Shown here in pieces: positions 11,516 through 20,823 of a DNA stretch of 64,000 bases (position 1 is its first letter; each line of letters begins with the position of its first letter). A program made the position numbers and the translations under genes. Below the pieces are notes generated by a model. That model saw only the letters and a program-made list of their open reading frames with translations, made no database searches and had not been told where the DNA came from. Where the stretch lies: NCBI GenBank assembly GCA_018711405.1, contig DVIH01000088.1, positions 26,633-90,632 of the forward strand. The letters run 5' to 3'. This DNA comes from Candidatus Avibacteroides excrementipullorum (GTDB lineage Bacteria; Bacteroidota; Bacteroidia; Bacteroidales; Bacteroidaceae).

Positions 11516-12850
11516 ATGAACAAAAGAATCGTAATCTTAGGAGCAGGCGAAAGCGGAACTGGAGCCGCATATCTCGCAAAAAAGAAAAATTTCGATGTAT
11601 TTGTTTCCGATAAAGGAACAATCAAAGACAAATACAAAACTTTCCTGAATGAAAATAACATTGCATGGGAAGAGGGACAGCATACACCGGAACTCATCCT
11701 CAATGCTTCAGAAGTAATCAAAAGTCCGGGAATCCCCAATGATGCCCCCATAATAGAAGAATTGAAACGCAGGAAAATTCCAGTAATATCAGAGATAGAA
11801 TTTGCAGGAAGATATACCGATGCTAAAATGATCTGCATCACGGGCAGCAACGGCAAAACCACGACAACTTCGCTCATCTACCACATATTTAAAAAGGCAG
11901 GTCTCAATGTAGGATTGGCCGGCAACATAGGCAGCAGCCTTGCCAAACAAGTGGCAGACGAACATCACGACTACTACATAATAGAGTTGAGCAGTTTCCA
12001 ACTCGACAATATGTACGATTTTCATGCAAATATCGCAGTAATCACCAACATTACCCCCGACCACCTGGACAGATACGATCACTGCATGCAGAATTACATA
12101 AACGCAAAATTCAGAATCACACGCAACCAGACAGACAATGATGCCTTTATCTTCTGGAACGATGATCCGATAATCAGAAAAGAGCTTGAGAAACATGGCA
12201 TAAAAGCGACACTATATCCGTTTTCATTGACACACGAAAACGGCGTATGCGCCTATGTGGAAGACCACACCCTGCATTTCACACGACCGATAGCATTCAA
12301 CATGGAAGAAGAAGAAGTCGCATTAAGGGGAACTCACAACCTGTACAACTCTATGGCAGCTGGCATATCGGCAAACATTGCCGGCATAAAAAATGAGAAA
12401 ATAAGAGAAGCATTGGGTGACTTCAAAGGAGTAGAACACCGCCTTGAAAGAGTAGCCAGCGTAGGAGGAGTAGAATTCATAAACGACTCAAAAGCTACAA
12501 ACGTAAACTCGTGCTGGTACGCTTTGCAAAGCATGAAAGCTCCCACAGTCCTTATATTGGGAGGAACGGACAAAGGCAACGACTATAGCGAAATAGAAGA
12601 ACTGGTAAGAAAAAAAGTCAAAGGCCTTGTTTTCTTGGGTGTGGACAATGCCAAACTCCACAGTTTCTTTGATGGGAAAATATACAACATACAAGACGCA
12701 AAAAGCATGAAAGAAGCTGTAGACAAAGCCTACTCAATGGCTGAAAAAGGCGATATAGTACTTCTGTCCCCATGCTGTGCCAGCTTCGATCTTTTCAAAA
12801 ATTATGAAGACAGAGGACTGCAATTTAAACAATGCGTAAGGGCTCTATAA
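11516..12850 (+). CDS. murD: UDP-N-acetylmuramoylalanine--D-glutamate ligase
   Basis: 444 aa. N-terminal Rossmann motif GAGESG and Mur ligase P-loop ITGSNGKTTTT. Confidence 0.95.
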   Translation: MNKRIVILGAGESGTGAAYLAKKKNFDVFVSDKGTIKDKYKTFLNENNIAWEEGQHTPELILNASEVIKSPGIPNDAPIIEELKRRKIPVISEIEFAGRYTDAKMICITGSNGKTTTTSLIYHIFKKAGLNVGLAGNIGSSLAKQVADEHHDYYIIELSSFQLDNMYDFHANIAVITNITPDHLDRYDHCMQNYINAKFRITRNQTDNDAFIFWNDDPIIRKELEKHGIKATLYPFSLTHENGVCAYVEDHTLHFTRPIAFNMEEEEVALRGTHNLYNSMAAGISANIAGIKNEKIREALGDFKGVEHRLERVASVGGVEFINDSKATNVNSCWYALQSMKAPTVLILGGTDKGNDYSEIEELVRKKVKGLVFLGVDNAKLHSFFDGKIYNIQDAKSMKEAVDKAYSMAEKGDIVLLSPCCASFDLFKNYEDRGLQFKQCVRAL

Positions 12851-12862
12851 AAGAAGATAATT

Positions 12863-14116
12863 ATGGGACTGATAAGAACATTATGCAAAGGGGACAAAGT
12901 GGTGTGGCTCATATTCACTATACTTTGCATCATTTCTATAATAGAAGTGTTTAGCGCCACAAGCCGGTTGACATACGGCTCCGACAACCATTGGGGACCG
13001 ATAACACGTCATTGCCTGTATCTTGCAATAGGCGTAGCCGCGCTTATGGTCATGCACAAAATGTCTTACATGCAAATAAGGAAAATAGGCGTAATCCTGT
13101 ATCCTATATCCGCCGCACTGCTGGCATATGTCACCGTCAGGGGGATGGTCATCAACGGAGCTTCAAGATGGATTGAAATTGCAGGCATAACTTTCCAGCC
13201 ATCGGAACTCGCCAAGCTCTCCATCATTATAATAGTTTCAATCATCCTGACATGGCACACCACATTGCTGCGTGAAAACAAGGAATATGTCAAACAACAA
13301 GGCTTCAAATATCTGCCTTTCTGGTGCATAATAGGACTGACCGGATTTATCTCCCTGCTTATCTTCAGAGAAAACATATCGACAGCAGCTCTTCTCTGTC
13401 TGGTCGTCTATCTCATGATGTTCATAGGCCGGATACCGGGCAAATTGATGCTGGCCGTGACAGCTGTGGCCGGTATGGCAGTGATAGCCGTAATCGCAAT
13501 CGTTCTCAGCAATGCAAAAGAAAGCGATGAGACGGAAACAGCAAAACAAACGACCAGCGGAGTAAAACTGACCAACAGATCGGAAACAGGAAAGAACCGC
13601 CTCATAGATTTCTTTATGGCAGAGAAAGTCCCGCCTGAAGAATTTGATCTGGACAACAACGGACAAGTAGCTCATGCCAATATGGCCATAGCCTCAAGCC
13701 ACCTCATAGGATGCATGCCCGGCAACAGCGTACAGAGAGACTTCCTTGCACAAGCTTTCTCCGACTTCATCTTTGCCATAATAATAGAAGAGTTAGGTCT
13801 CATCGGAGGCATATTCGTAGTATTTCTATACCTGCTGCTCCTGATAAGGGCAGGACGGATTGCAAGGAAATGCGACAAACTATTCCCCTCATTCCTTGTA
13901 ATGGGGCTGGCTTTGATGCTCGTGACCCAAGCCATGATCAACATGTGCGTGGCCGTAGGACTGCTGCCCGTGACAGGACAACCATTGCCACTGATAAGCC
14001 GTGGAGGAACATCCACCGTAATGAACTGCATATTCGTAGGAATAATACTCAGTGTAAGCTATTATAACGAAAAGCAAAAGCTGAAAAGCGAAAGTTTCAA
14101 GACTGAAATACAATAA
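12863..14116 (+). CDS. ftsW: SEDS-family peptidoglycan glycosyltransferase FtsW
   Basis: 417 aa polytopic protein with motifs PSELAKL and GQPLPLISRGGTS. It is in the dcw position. Confidence 0.92.
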   Translation: MGLIRTLCKGDKVVWLIFTILCIISIIEVFSATSRLTYGSDNHWGPITRHCLYLAIGVAALMVMHKMSYMQIRKIGVILYPISAALLAYVTVRGMVINGASRWIEIAGITFQPSELAKLSIIIIVSIILTWHTTLLRENKEYVKQQGFKYLPFWCIIGLTGFISLLIFRENISTAALLCLVVYLMMFIGRIPGKLMLAVTAVAGMAVIAVIAIVLSNAKESDETETAKQTTSGVKLTNRSETGKNRLIDFFMAEKVPPEEFDLDNNGQVAHANMAIASSHLIGCMPGNSVQRDFLAQAFSDFIFAIIIEELGLIGGIFVVFLYLLLLIRAGRIARKCDKLFPSFLVMGLALMLVTQAMINMCVAVGLLPVTGQPLPLISRGGTSTVMNCIFVGIILSVSYYNEKQKLKSESFKTEIQ

Positions 14117-14121
14117 AACAA

Positions 14122-15243
14122 ATGAAAATGCCAAGAATTATAATAAGCGGAGGAGGAACAGGAGGACATATCTTCCCGGCCATTGCCATAGCCAATGAAT
14201 TTAAAAGACAACATAAGGACGCCGAAATACTCTTTGTCGGCGCAAAAGGGCGAATGGAAATGCAACGTGTGCCAGCCGCCGGGTACCGAATTGAAGGATT
14301 GCCTGTATCGGGATTCGACAGAAAACATCTTCTGAAAAACATTCCGGTATTGTTCAAAATCGTACTTTCGCAAATCAAAGCATACAACATAATAAGAAAA
14401 TTCAAACCGCAGGCCGTAATAGGCGTGGGAGGTTTCGCAAGCGGACCTACACTCAAGACTGCTGCCATGATGGGCATACCTACTTTGATACAGGAGCAGA
14501 ATTCTTATGCAGGAGTAACCAACAAACTACTGGCAAAAAAAGCAAAAAAAATCTGCGTGGCATACCCTGACATGGAACGTTTTTTCGATAAAGACAAAAT
14601 CATAATGACAGGAAATCCTGTACGGCAGGATCTTGCCGACAGCAAAATACAGCATAACGAAGCTGTGGAGAAATTCGGACTTTCGCCGGAGAAAAAGACA
14701 ATCCTTATTCTGGGCGGCAGTTTGGGAGCACAATCCATAAATGAATGTCTGATGAAAAATCTGGGAAAGATGAAAGACTGCGGCATGCAATTCATCTGGC
14801 AAACCGGTAAAATCTATATAGAAAGAGTCAGAGAGGCTGTAAACAGATTTGGCGACATGCCCATGCTGCGCACAACAGACTTCATCTCTGACATGGCCAC
14901 AGCCTATGCAGCAGCAGATGTTATAATATCGCGTGCGGGTGCAGGTTCCATATCGGAGTTCTGCCTGCTCGGAAAAGCCGTGATACTTGTGCCATCGCCA
15001 AATGTGGCAGAAGACCACCAGACAAAAAATGCGATGGCCTTAGTCAACAAGAAAGCCGCAATATACGTCAAAGACAAAGAAGCCGATGACAAACTGATAG
15101 ATCAAACCATAGCACTCGCCTCCGATGAAGACAGGCTGAACGAATTGAAGACAAACATAAAAAAGCTGGCATTTGAAAATTCAGCATCAGTAATCGCACA
15201 GGAAATAACGAAACTCATAGCAAACACCTACAATCTCAAATAA
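14122..15243 (+). CDS. murG: undecaprenyldiphospho-muramoylpentapeptide beta-N-acetylglucosaminyltransferase
   Basis: 373 aa. N-terminal GGGTGGHIFPA motif and GT28 architecture. Confidence 0.95.
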   Translation: MKMPRIIISGGGTGGHIFPAIAIANEFKRQHKDAEILFVGAKGRMEMQRVPAAGYRIEGLPVSGFDRKHLLKNIPVLFKIVLSQIKAYNIIRKFKPQAVIGVGGFASGPTLKTAAMMGIPTLIQEQNSYAGVTNKLLAKKAKKICVAYPDMERFFDKDKIIMTGNPVRQDLADSKIQHNEAVEKFGLSPEKKTILILGGSLGAQSINECLMKNLGKMKDCGMQFIWQTGKIYIERVREAVNRFGDMPMLRTTDFISDMATAYAAADVIISRAGAGSISEFCLLGKAVILVPSPNVAEDHQTKNAMALVNKKAAIYVKDKEADDKLIDQTIALASDEDRLNELKTNIKKLAFENSASVIAQEITKLIANTYNLK

Positions 15244-15247
15244 CATC

Positions 15248-16651
15248 ATGGAAATAAAAGATATAAAATCAGTATATTTCATTGGCATTGGCGGCATAGG
15301 CATGAGTGCGCTTGCACGCTATTTTCTCTCAAAAGGGAAATATGTGGCAGGCTACGACCTGACACGTACCGACCTGACCGCACACCTGGAGCAGGAAAAT
15401 GCCCGTATCCATTACGAAGACGATGTAATGCAAATACCGGAAGAATGCAAGAATCCCGACAATACCCTCGTCATATTCACTCCGGCAATACCCAAAGACC
15501 ACAGCGAATTGAATTATTTCATCAGCCGCAAATTCACCATCGAGAAAAGAGCGCAGGTGCTGGGCATTATATCAAAATCCACAAAAGCATTGTGTGTAGC
15601 CGGCACGCATGGAAAGACAACCACATCGACAATGCTGGCACATATTCTCAAATCGTCAAAGGCAGACTGCAACGCCTTTTTGGGGGGCATTTCAAAAAAT
15701 TATGACAGCAACCTGCTCCTCTCACCGCACAGCGAATATACAGTAATAGAAGCAGACGAGTTCGACCGCTCTTTTCACTGGCTCTCACCATACATCACAA
15801 CCATAACGTCTGTCGATGCGGATCATCTGGACATATATGGCACTGCAGAAGCATACCGCGAGAGTTTCAGCATATACACGTCGCTCATCAAAGAAGACGG
15901 CTGCCTCCTCAAAAAGAAAGGCATACCACTTCATGAAAACGTAAAAGAGGGAGTGAAAGTATACACCTATTCTGCGAAAGAGCCCGCAGACTTTCATGCA
16001 CGGAACATCAGAACTGAAAATGGCGAAATCTATTACGACTTCATAGGTAAAGATGTGGAAATAGAGAACATCCGTCTCGGAGTACCCGCCTATGTCAATG
16101 TAGAAAACAGCGTGGCAGCAATAGCCATGTCGCTCATATGCGGAGTATCGCCATCCGAAGCCAAACATGCCATTGAAACATACAAAGGAGTGGACAGGCG
16201 ATTTGACTTCAAGATTAAGAGCGAGAAGACTGTCTTCATCAACGACTATGCACACCATCCGGAAGAAATAGCAAACAGCATAAAATCAATCAAGGCACTG
16301 TATCCGGGCAGACACGTCACAGGCATATTCCAACCGCACCTGTACAGCCGCACAAAAGATTTTTACAAAGAATTTGCCGAAAGTCTTTCAATGCTCGACA
16401 CCGTAATACTGCTGCCCATTTATCCGGCACGTGAACTGCCCATAAAAGGCATAACATCCGAATTGATATATAATAATTTAAAACAAGGAGTAAAAAAAAT
16501 ATTATGTTCTAAAGAGGAATTATTATCTTTGCTAAAATCTATAAATACAGACATTCTTGTGACATTAGGCGCCGGAGACATAGACAATCTGGTAGAACCT
16601 ATAAAAGACATGCTGCTGCAAAAGGAAGAAAAAACGACAGATTCGATTTGA
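15248..16651 (+). CDS. murC: UDP-N-acetylmuramate--L-alanine ligase
   Basis: 467 aa. Motifs GIGGIGMSALA and VAGTHGKTTT. Confidence 0.95.
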   Translation: MEIKDIKSVYFIGIGGIGMSALARYFLSKGKYVAGYDLTRTDLTAHLEQENARIHYEDDVMQIPEECKNPDNTLVIFTPAIPKDHSELNYFISRKFTIEKRAQVLGIISKSTKALCVAGTHGKTTTSTMLAHILKSSKADCNAFLGGISKNYDSNLLLSPHSEYTVIEADEFDRSFHWLSPYITTITSVDADHLDIYGTAEAYRESFSIYTSLIKEDGCLLKKKGIPLHENVKEGVKVYTYSAKEPADFHARNIRTENGEIYYDFIGKDVEIENIRLGVPAYVNVENSVAAIAMSLICGVSPSEAKHAIETYKGVDRRFDFKIKSEKTVFINDYAHHPEEIANSIKSIKALYPGRHVTGIFQPHLYSRTKDFYKEFAESLSMLDTVILLPIYPARELPIKGITSELIYNNLKQGVKKILCSKEELLSLLKSINTDILVTLGAGDIDNLVEPIKDMLLQKEEKTTDSI

Positions 16652-16655
16652 GACT

Positions 16656-17393
16656 ATGATAAAAAAGATAGTGGCGATATTGTTTTTCCTGTTCATCGGG
16701 ACTTATCTCGTGTTCGCATTCATATATGCGGACAAAGAGCAGGACACTCTTTTATGCAGCGATCTGGAACTGGTCAACAAAGATGAAATCAACAGCGGCA
16801 TAATCACAAAAGAAAAAATAGAAGACATCCTCAATGAGAACAATGTCAACCCAGTAGGAAAACCGTCACGCATGGCAAACCTCGACTCGGTGGAAAGACT
16901 GCTGGCACATCACCCGTTGGTGAAAAATGCGGAATGCTATTTCACGCCAAGCGGAAAACTGATAATAGAGATCACACAAAAAAGCCCTATCCTAAGAGTA
17001 AAAAACAACAAAGGCAAGGACTTCTTCCTCGATGAACAAGGCAATATCATCCCACATATGAGAAACTACATGGCCTATCTGCCCATTGCCACAGGACACA
17101 TATCAGAACAATACGCAAAAGAAAAACTCACGCCGCTTGCCAACTACATAGCATCGGATGACTTCCTCAACAGTCAGATAGAACAAATAGACGTCAACCC
17201 AAAAGGAGAGATCAGCATAACACCGAGAGTAGGCAATAACACCATATTTCTGGGTATGCCGGACAACCTGGAACAGAAATTCGACAACCTGAAAACATTC
17301 TACAAAAAAGGGCTGTCGGTAGTGGGATGGAACAAATATAAAACAATAAACATAGAAATAGACAACCAAGTCATTGGGGTCAGAAGAAAATAA
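16656..17393 (+). CDS. ftsQ: cell division protein FtsQ
   Basis: 245 aa with an N-terminal TM helix and a POTRA/FtsQ-type periplasmic domain. It lies between murC and ftsA. Confidence 0.8.
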   Translation: MIKKIVAILFFLFIGTYLVFAFIYADKEQDTLLCSDLELVNKDEINSGIITKEKIEDILNENNVNPVGKPSRMANLDSVERLLAHHPLVKNAECYFTPSGKLIIEITQKSPILRVKNNKGKDFFLDEQGNIIPHMRNYMAYLPIATGHISEQYAKEKLTPLANYIASDDFLNSQIEQIDVNPKGEISITPRVGNNTIFLGMPDNLEQKFDNLKTFYKKGLSVVGWNKYKTINIEIDNQVIGVRRK

Positions 17394-17433
17394 CTATTGT
17401 CCTAAAACTATTATAAAAACGGATAAGGAAAAT

Positions 17434-18828
17434 ATGGAAGTATTAGATTTTGTAGCAACGATAGACCTCGGTTCTTCCAAAGTAAGAGGAGCTTTAGGAA
17501 AGAAAAACAGTGACGGGAGCATACAGATATATGCTTATGCAAGCGAAGACTCCGCCTCATTCATGAAAAAAGGAGTGATATTCAACCTTGACAAGACTGC
17601 ACAGTGCATCACATCAATCATAAACCAGCTGGAAGGCGCAATGGACAATACCCGCATAACGAAAGTTTATGTCGGAATCTCAGGCAAGTCTTTAAGAAGC
17701 ATAAAAAACATAGTGGTCAAAGACTTGGGAGAAGAACGGAAAATCAACCAGGAACTCCTTGACAGCATTGCGGAAGACAACAAAGTGCCATATATAGACA
17801 TGGACATTCTCGATGTATATCCGCAAGAATACAAAGTGGGAAACTCTCTGCTTTCTGAACCTATCGGAATCATGGGATCGAAGATAGAAGGACGGTTTCT
17901 CAATATCGTAGCAAAATCCAAACTGAAAAGAAACATCAGCAAATGCTTCTCACAGGCAAAAACAGACATAGCAGACTTCTTCATATCGCCCATAGTCCTT
18001 GCCGATGAAATCCTGTCGGAAACAGAAAAAAGATCGGGATGCGCACTCGTAGATTTCGGATGCGAAACCACAACCGTTTCCGTATACAAAAACAACATAT
18101 TAAGATTTCTGGCAGTGCTGCCGCTTGGAGGGAACAACATAACCAAAGACATAAGCACCGTATTGAGGATAGAAGAAGATGAGGCGGAAAGGCTGAAATG
18201 CGAATACGGAATAAGGACTGTAACTGTGGAAAATAAACATAACCATGAAACGGAAGAAGAACTGATATCGCTCTCAGACGGAAGAAAAATAAAAGTATCG
18301 GAACTCAGCGAAATAATCGAAGCAAGAGCCAAAGAGATTATAGCAAACGTATTCGAGCTTGTAAAACAATCGCAATACGATGACAAACTTGGTTCCGGAT
18401 TCATCATCACGGGCGGAGCAGCCAACCTTTACGGTCTGGAAAGCCTGATAGAATCATTCTACCATTCGGGCAAACGTGTCTGCGACAGGGATCTGAAAAT
18501 AAGAAAAGCAAAATTCCAATGGAACCTGCTACAGTCTCCCTACGCCGACATGATAAGGAAAGACGGCTCCGACAACGTAATCATGTCAATGCTTTGCACA
18601 GGCAGGGAAAACTGCGGAAAACACATAGAGCAGGAAACGACAGAAACTCCACTGACCGACCTGCTGAATGGCAACAAAGAAGAAACAGAAAAAGAAAAAG
18701 CAGAAGAGAAAAAAGAGGATAAGGATAAAGACAAAGATAACGGCAGCGACAAAAACGACAAAAAGAAAAGAAGGGTGCCAAAAATATTCGGATCATTCTT
18801 CGATACCCTCATGAACGAAGACAAATGA
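17434..18828 (+). CDS. ftsA: cell division protein FtsA
   Basis: Actin-like ATPase starting MEVLDFVATIDLGSSKV. The in-frame ATG at 17434 is preferred over the TTG at 17374, which overlaps ftsQ. It has a Lys/Glu/Asp-rich linker and a C-terminal amphipathic IFGSFFDTLM membrane-targeting helix. Confidence 0.9.
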   Translation: MEVLDFVATIDLGSSKVRGALGKKNSDGSIQIYAYASEDSASFMKKGVIFNLDKTAQCITSIINQLEGAMDNTRITKVYVGISGKSLRSIKNIVVKDLGEERKINQELLDSIAEDNKVPYIDMDILDVYPQEYKVGNSLLSEPIGIMGSKIEGRFLNIVAKSKLKRNISKCFSQAKTDIADFFISPIVLADEILSETEKRSGCALVDFGCETTTVSVYKNNILRFLAVLPLGGNNITKDISTVLRIEEDEAERLKCEYGIRTVTVENKHNHETEEELISLSDGRKIKVSELSEIIEARAKEIIANVFELVKQSQYDDKLGSGFIITGGAANLYGLESLIESFYHSGKRVCDRDLKIRKAKFQWNLLQSPYADMIRKDGSDNVIMSMLCTGRENCGKHIEQETTETPLTDLLNGNKEETEKEKAEEKKEDKDKDKDNGSDKNDKKKRRVPKIFGSFFDTLMNEDK

Positions 18829-18870
18829 CAACCATGAGACACCGGCAACAAAGAACAAAAAACAAAGATT

Positions 18871-20112
18871 ATGAACGACGATATAAATTTGCTTAACATA
18901 GAGAAAAGAGCCGACAGACAGGATTGCATCATCAAAGTCATCGGAGTAGGCGGCGGAGGAGGAAACGCTGTGAACCACATGTACGAAGAAGGCATACAAC
19001 ACGTGAGTTTCGCACTCTGCAACACCGACAAGCAGGCTCTCGAAAAATCGCCCATCCCCATGAAACTCCAGCTGGGCAAAAGCGGACTGGGAGCAGGCAG
19101 CATACCCGAAAAAGCATACAGAAACGCGGAAGAAAGCATAGACAGCATAAAAGAACTGCTGAGCGACGGTACCAAAATGGTATTCATCACAGCCGGCATG
19201 GGAGGCGGGACAGGCACAGGAGCCGCACCGGTAGTAGCCAAGACAGCCAAAGAGATGGGCATACTGACAGTAGGCATAGTGACCATACCTTTCCTCTTCG
19301 AATCGAAAGCGAAAATACTGCAAGCGCTCAAAGGCGTGGACGAAATATCAAAAAACGTAGATGCACTGCTCGTCATCAACAATGAAAGACTGAGAGCCAT
19401 CTATCCTGACTTCACTATGATCAACGCCTTCAAAAAAGCAGATGACACACTGACCATAGCAGCCAAAAGCATCGTAGACATCATTTACAGGGAAGACATC
19501 ATGAACTGCGACTTTGAAGACGTATGCACCACGCTCAGCAACGGAGGAGTGGCCATAATCAGTTCCGGTGTGGGAGACGGCGACAACCGTGTGGCCAAAG
19601 CCATAGAAGAAGCCCTGCACTCGCCGCTGCTCAACAATACCGACATCTTCAAAGCGAAAAAGATACTGCTCATACTGAGGTTCAGCGAAAACGGCAACTT
19701 CATGATGGAAGAGATGGGAGCCATACACACGTTCATGGAAAAATTCAACCGCGATGTAAACGTCATCTGGGGATACGGACTCGACAACGACCTCGACCAG
19801 AAAGTGAAAGTCACCATACTGGCATCCGGATTCGGCACAGACGAAGTGGACATAATAGCGGAACAGGGAGAAGAAGAGCTCCTCGAAATAGAAAACAAAC
19901 TCAAGAGCGCGTATGGCGACATGCTCGACACACCCAAAGAATGCAACATATTCATCTTCTCGCCCGACAACATGGACGATGACGATGTAATATCGATGGT
20001 AGAGACATCACCCACCGTGACAAGAGACAGAGCCACACTGAAAAGCTTCTCGCAGAAAGCAGTGGAGAACGCTCCCGATGAAACAGATACGGAAGAAACT
20101 ATAAAATTCTAA
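18871..20112 (+). CDS. ftsZ: cell division GTPase FtsZ
   Basis: 413 aa. Tubulin signature motifs GVGGGGGNAVN and AGMGGGTGTGAAPV. Confidence 0.97.
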   Translation: MNDDINLLNIEKRADRQDCIIKVIGVGGGGGNAVNHMYEEGIQHVSFALCNTDKQALEKSPIPMKLQLGKSGLGAGSIPEKAYRNAEESIDSIKELLSDGTKMVFITAGMGGGTGTGAAPVVAKTAKEMGILTVGIVTIPFLFESKAKILQALKGVDEISKNVDALLVINNERLRAIYPDFTMINAFKKADDTLTIAAKSIVDIIYREDIMNCDFEDVCTTLSNGGVAIISSGVGDGDNRVAKAIEEALHSPLLNNTDIFKAKKILLILRFSENGNFMMEEMGAIHTFMEKFNRDVNVIWGYGLDNDLDQKVKVTILASGFGTDEVDIIAEQGEEELLEIENKLKSAYGDMLDTPKECNIFIFSPDNMDDDDVISMVETSPTVTRDRATLKSFSQKAVENAPDETDTEETIKF

Positions 20113-20125
20113 AAACACATAACAA

Positions 20126-20575
20126 ATGAGCTTATTCGATCAAATCAGCAAAGACATCATCGCAGCCATGAAAGCTAAAGACAAAGTACGTCTCGACACG
20201 CTGCGCAACATCAAGAAACTATTTTTGGAAGCAAAGACCGCACCCGGAGCCAATGACGAGCTAAGCGATGCGGACGCACTGAAAATAATGCAGAAAATGG
20301 TGAAACAAGGCAAAGACTCCGCCGAAATCTATGCAAGCCAGAACAGAGCAGACCTGGCCGATGCGGAACTGGCGCAAGTGGCCGTGATAGAAGAATACCT
20401 GCCCAAACAGCTTTCGGAAGACGAACTGCGCGAACGCCTCAAAGCCATAATAGCCGAAACAGGAGCGCAAGGCCCCAAAGACATGGGTAAAGTCATGGGG
20501 ACAGCATCAAAACAGCTTGCAGGACTGGCCGAAGGGCGCACCATATCGGCCATCGTGAAAGAGCTGCTCGGATAA
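20126..20575 (+). CDS. yqeY: GatB/YqeY domain-containing protein
   Basis: 149 aa with the typical YqeY pattern (MKAKD...RLDTLR...EEYLP). It starts 14 nt after ftsZ. Confidence 0.85.
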   Translation: MSLFDQISKDIIAAMKAKDKVRLDTLRNIKKLFLEAKTAPGANDELSDADALKIMQKMVKQGKDSAEIYASQNRADLADAELAQVAVIEEYLPKQLSEDELRERLKAIIAETGAQGPKDMGKVMGTASKQLAGLAEGRTISAIVKELLG

Positions 20576-20604
20576 ATCCAAACAGACAAGACAAACGGCG
20601 CAAG

Positions 20605-20689
20605 GATATACGCCATACCGACCGATGATCGGCTCGGTCTCCGGTCATTATCGGCTCGGTCTCAGTTGAAGATCGAGCCGATCTTTTTT
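20605..20689. repeat. 22-nt-phased intergenic repeat array A (4 units)
   Basis: Cores are at 20605 GATATACGCCATA, 20627 GATCGGCTCGGTC, 20649 TATCGGCTCGGTC and 20671 GATCGAGCCGATC. Spacing is exactly 22 nt. The last two units form a 9-bp hairpin (ATCGGCTCG/CGAGCCGAT) followed by T6. Confidence 0.9.
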
Positions 20690-20765
20690 CACGTTCTCTC
20701 AGTTCTTCATAACATGCAGTCATACAAGCAGAAACGAATATCGCCGTCCACATGCAAGAAACAAC

Positions 20766-20801
20766 AAAAAAATCCAGCCGGACCGACCGACTGGATTTTT
20801 T
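20766..20801 (-). terminator. putative (bidirectional) intrinsic terminator after pnp
   Basis: The structure is A7-ATCCAG, a 13-nt loop, then CTGGAT-T5. On the minus strand it lies 23 nt downstream of the pnp stop and ends in a T-run. It is flanked by A and T runs on both sides. Confidence 0.6.
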
Positions 20802-20823
20802 CTGCTATTATGCAAATCAGATC

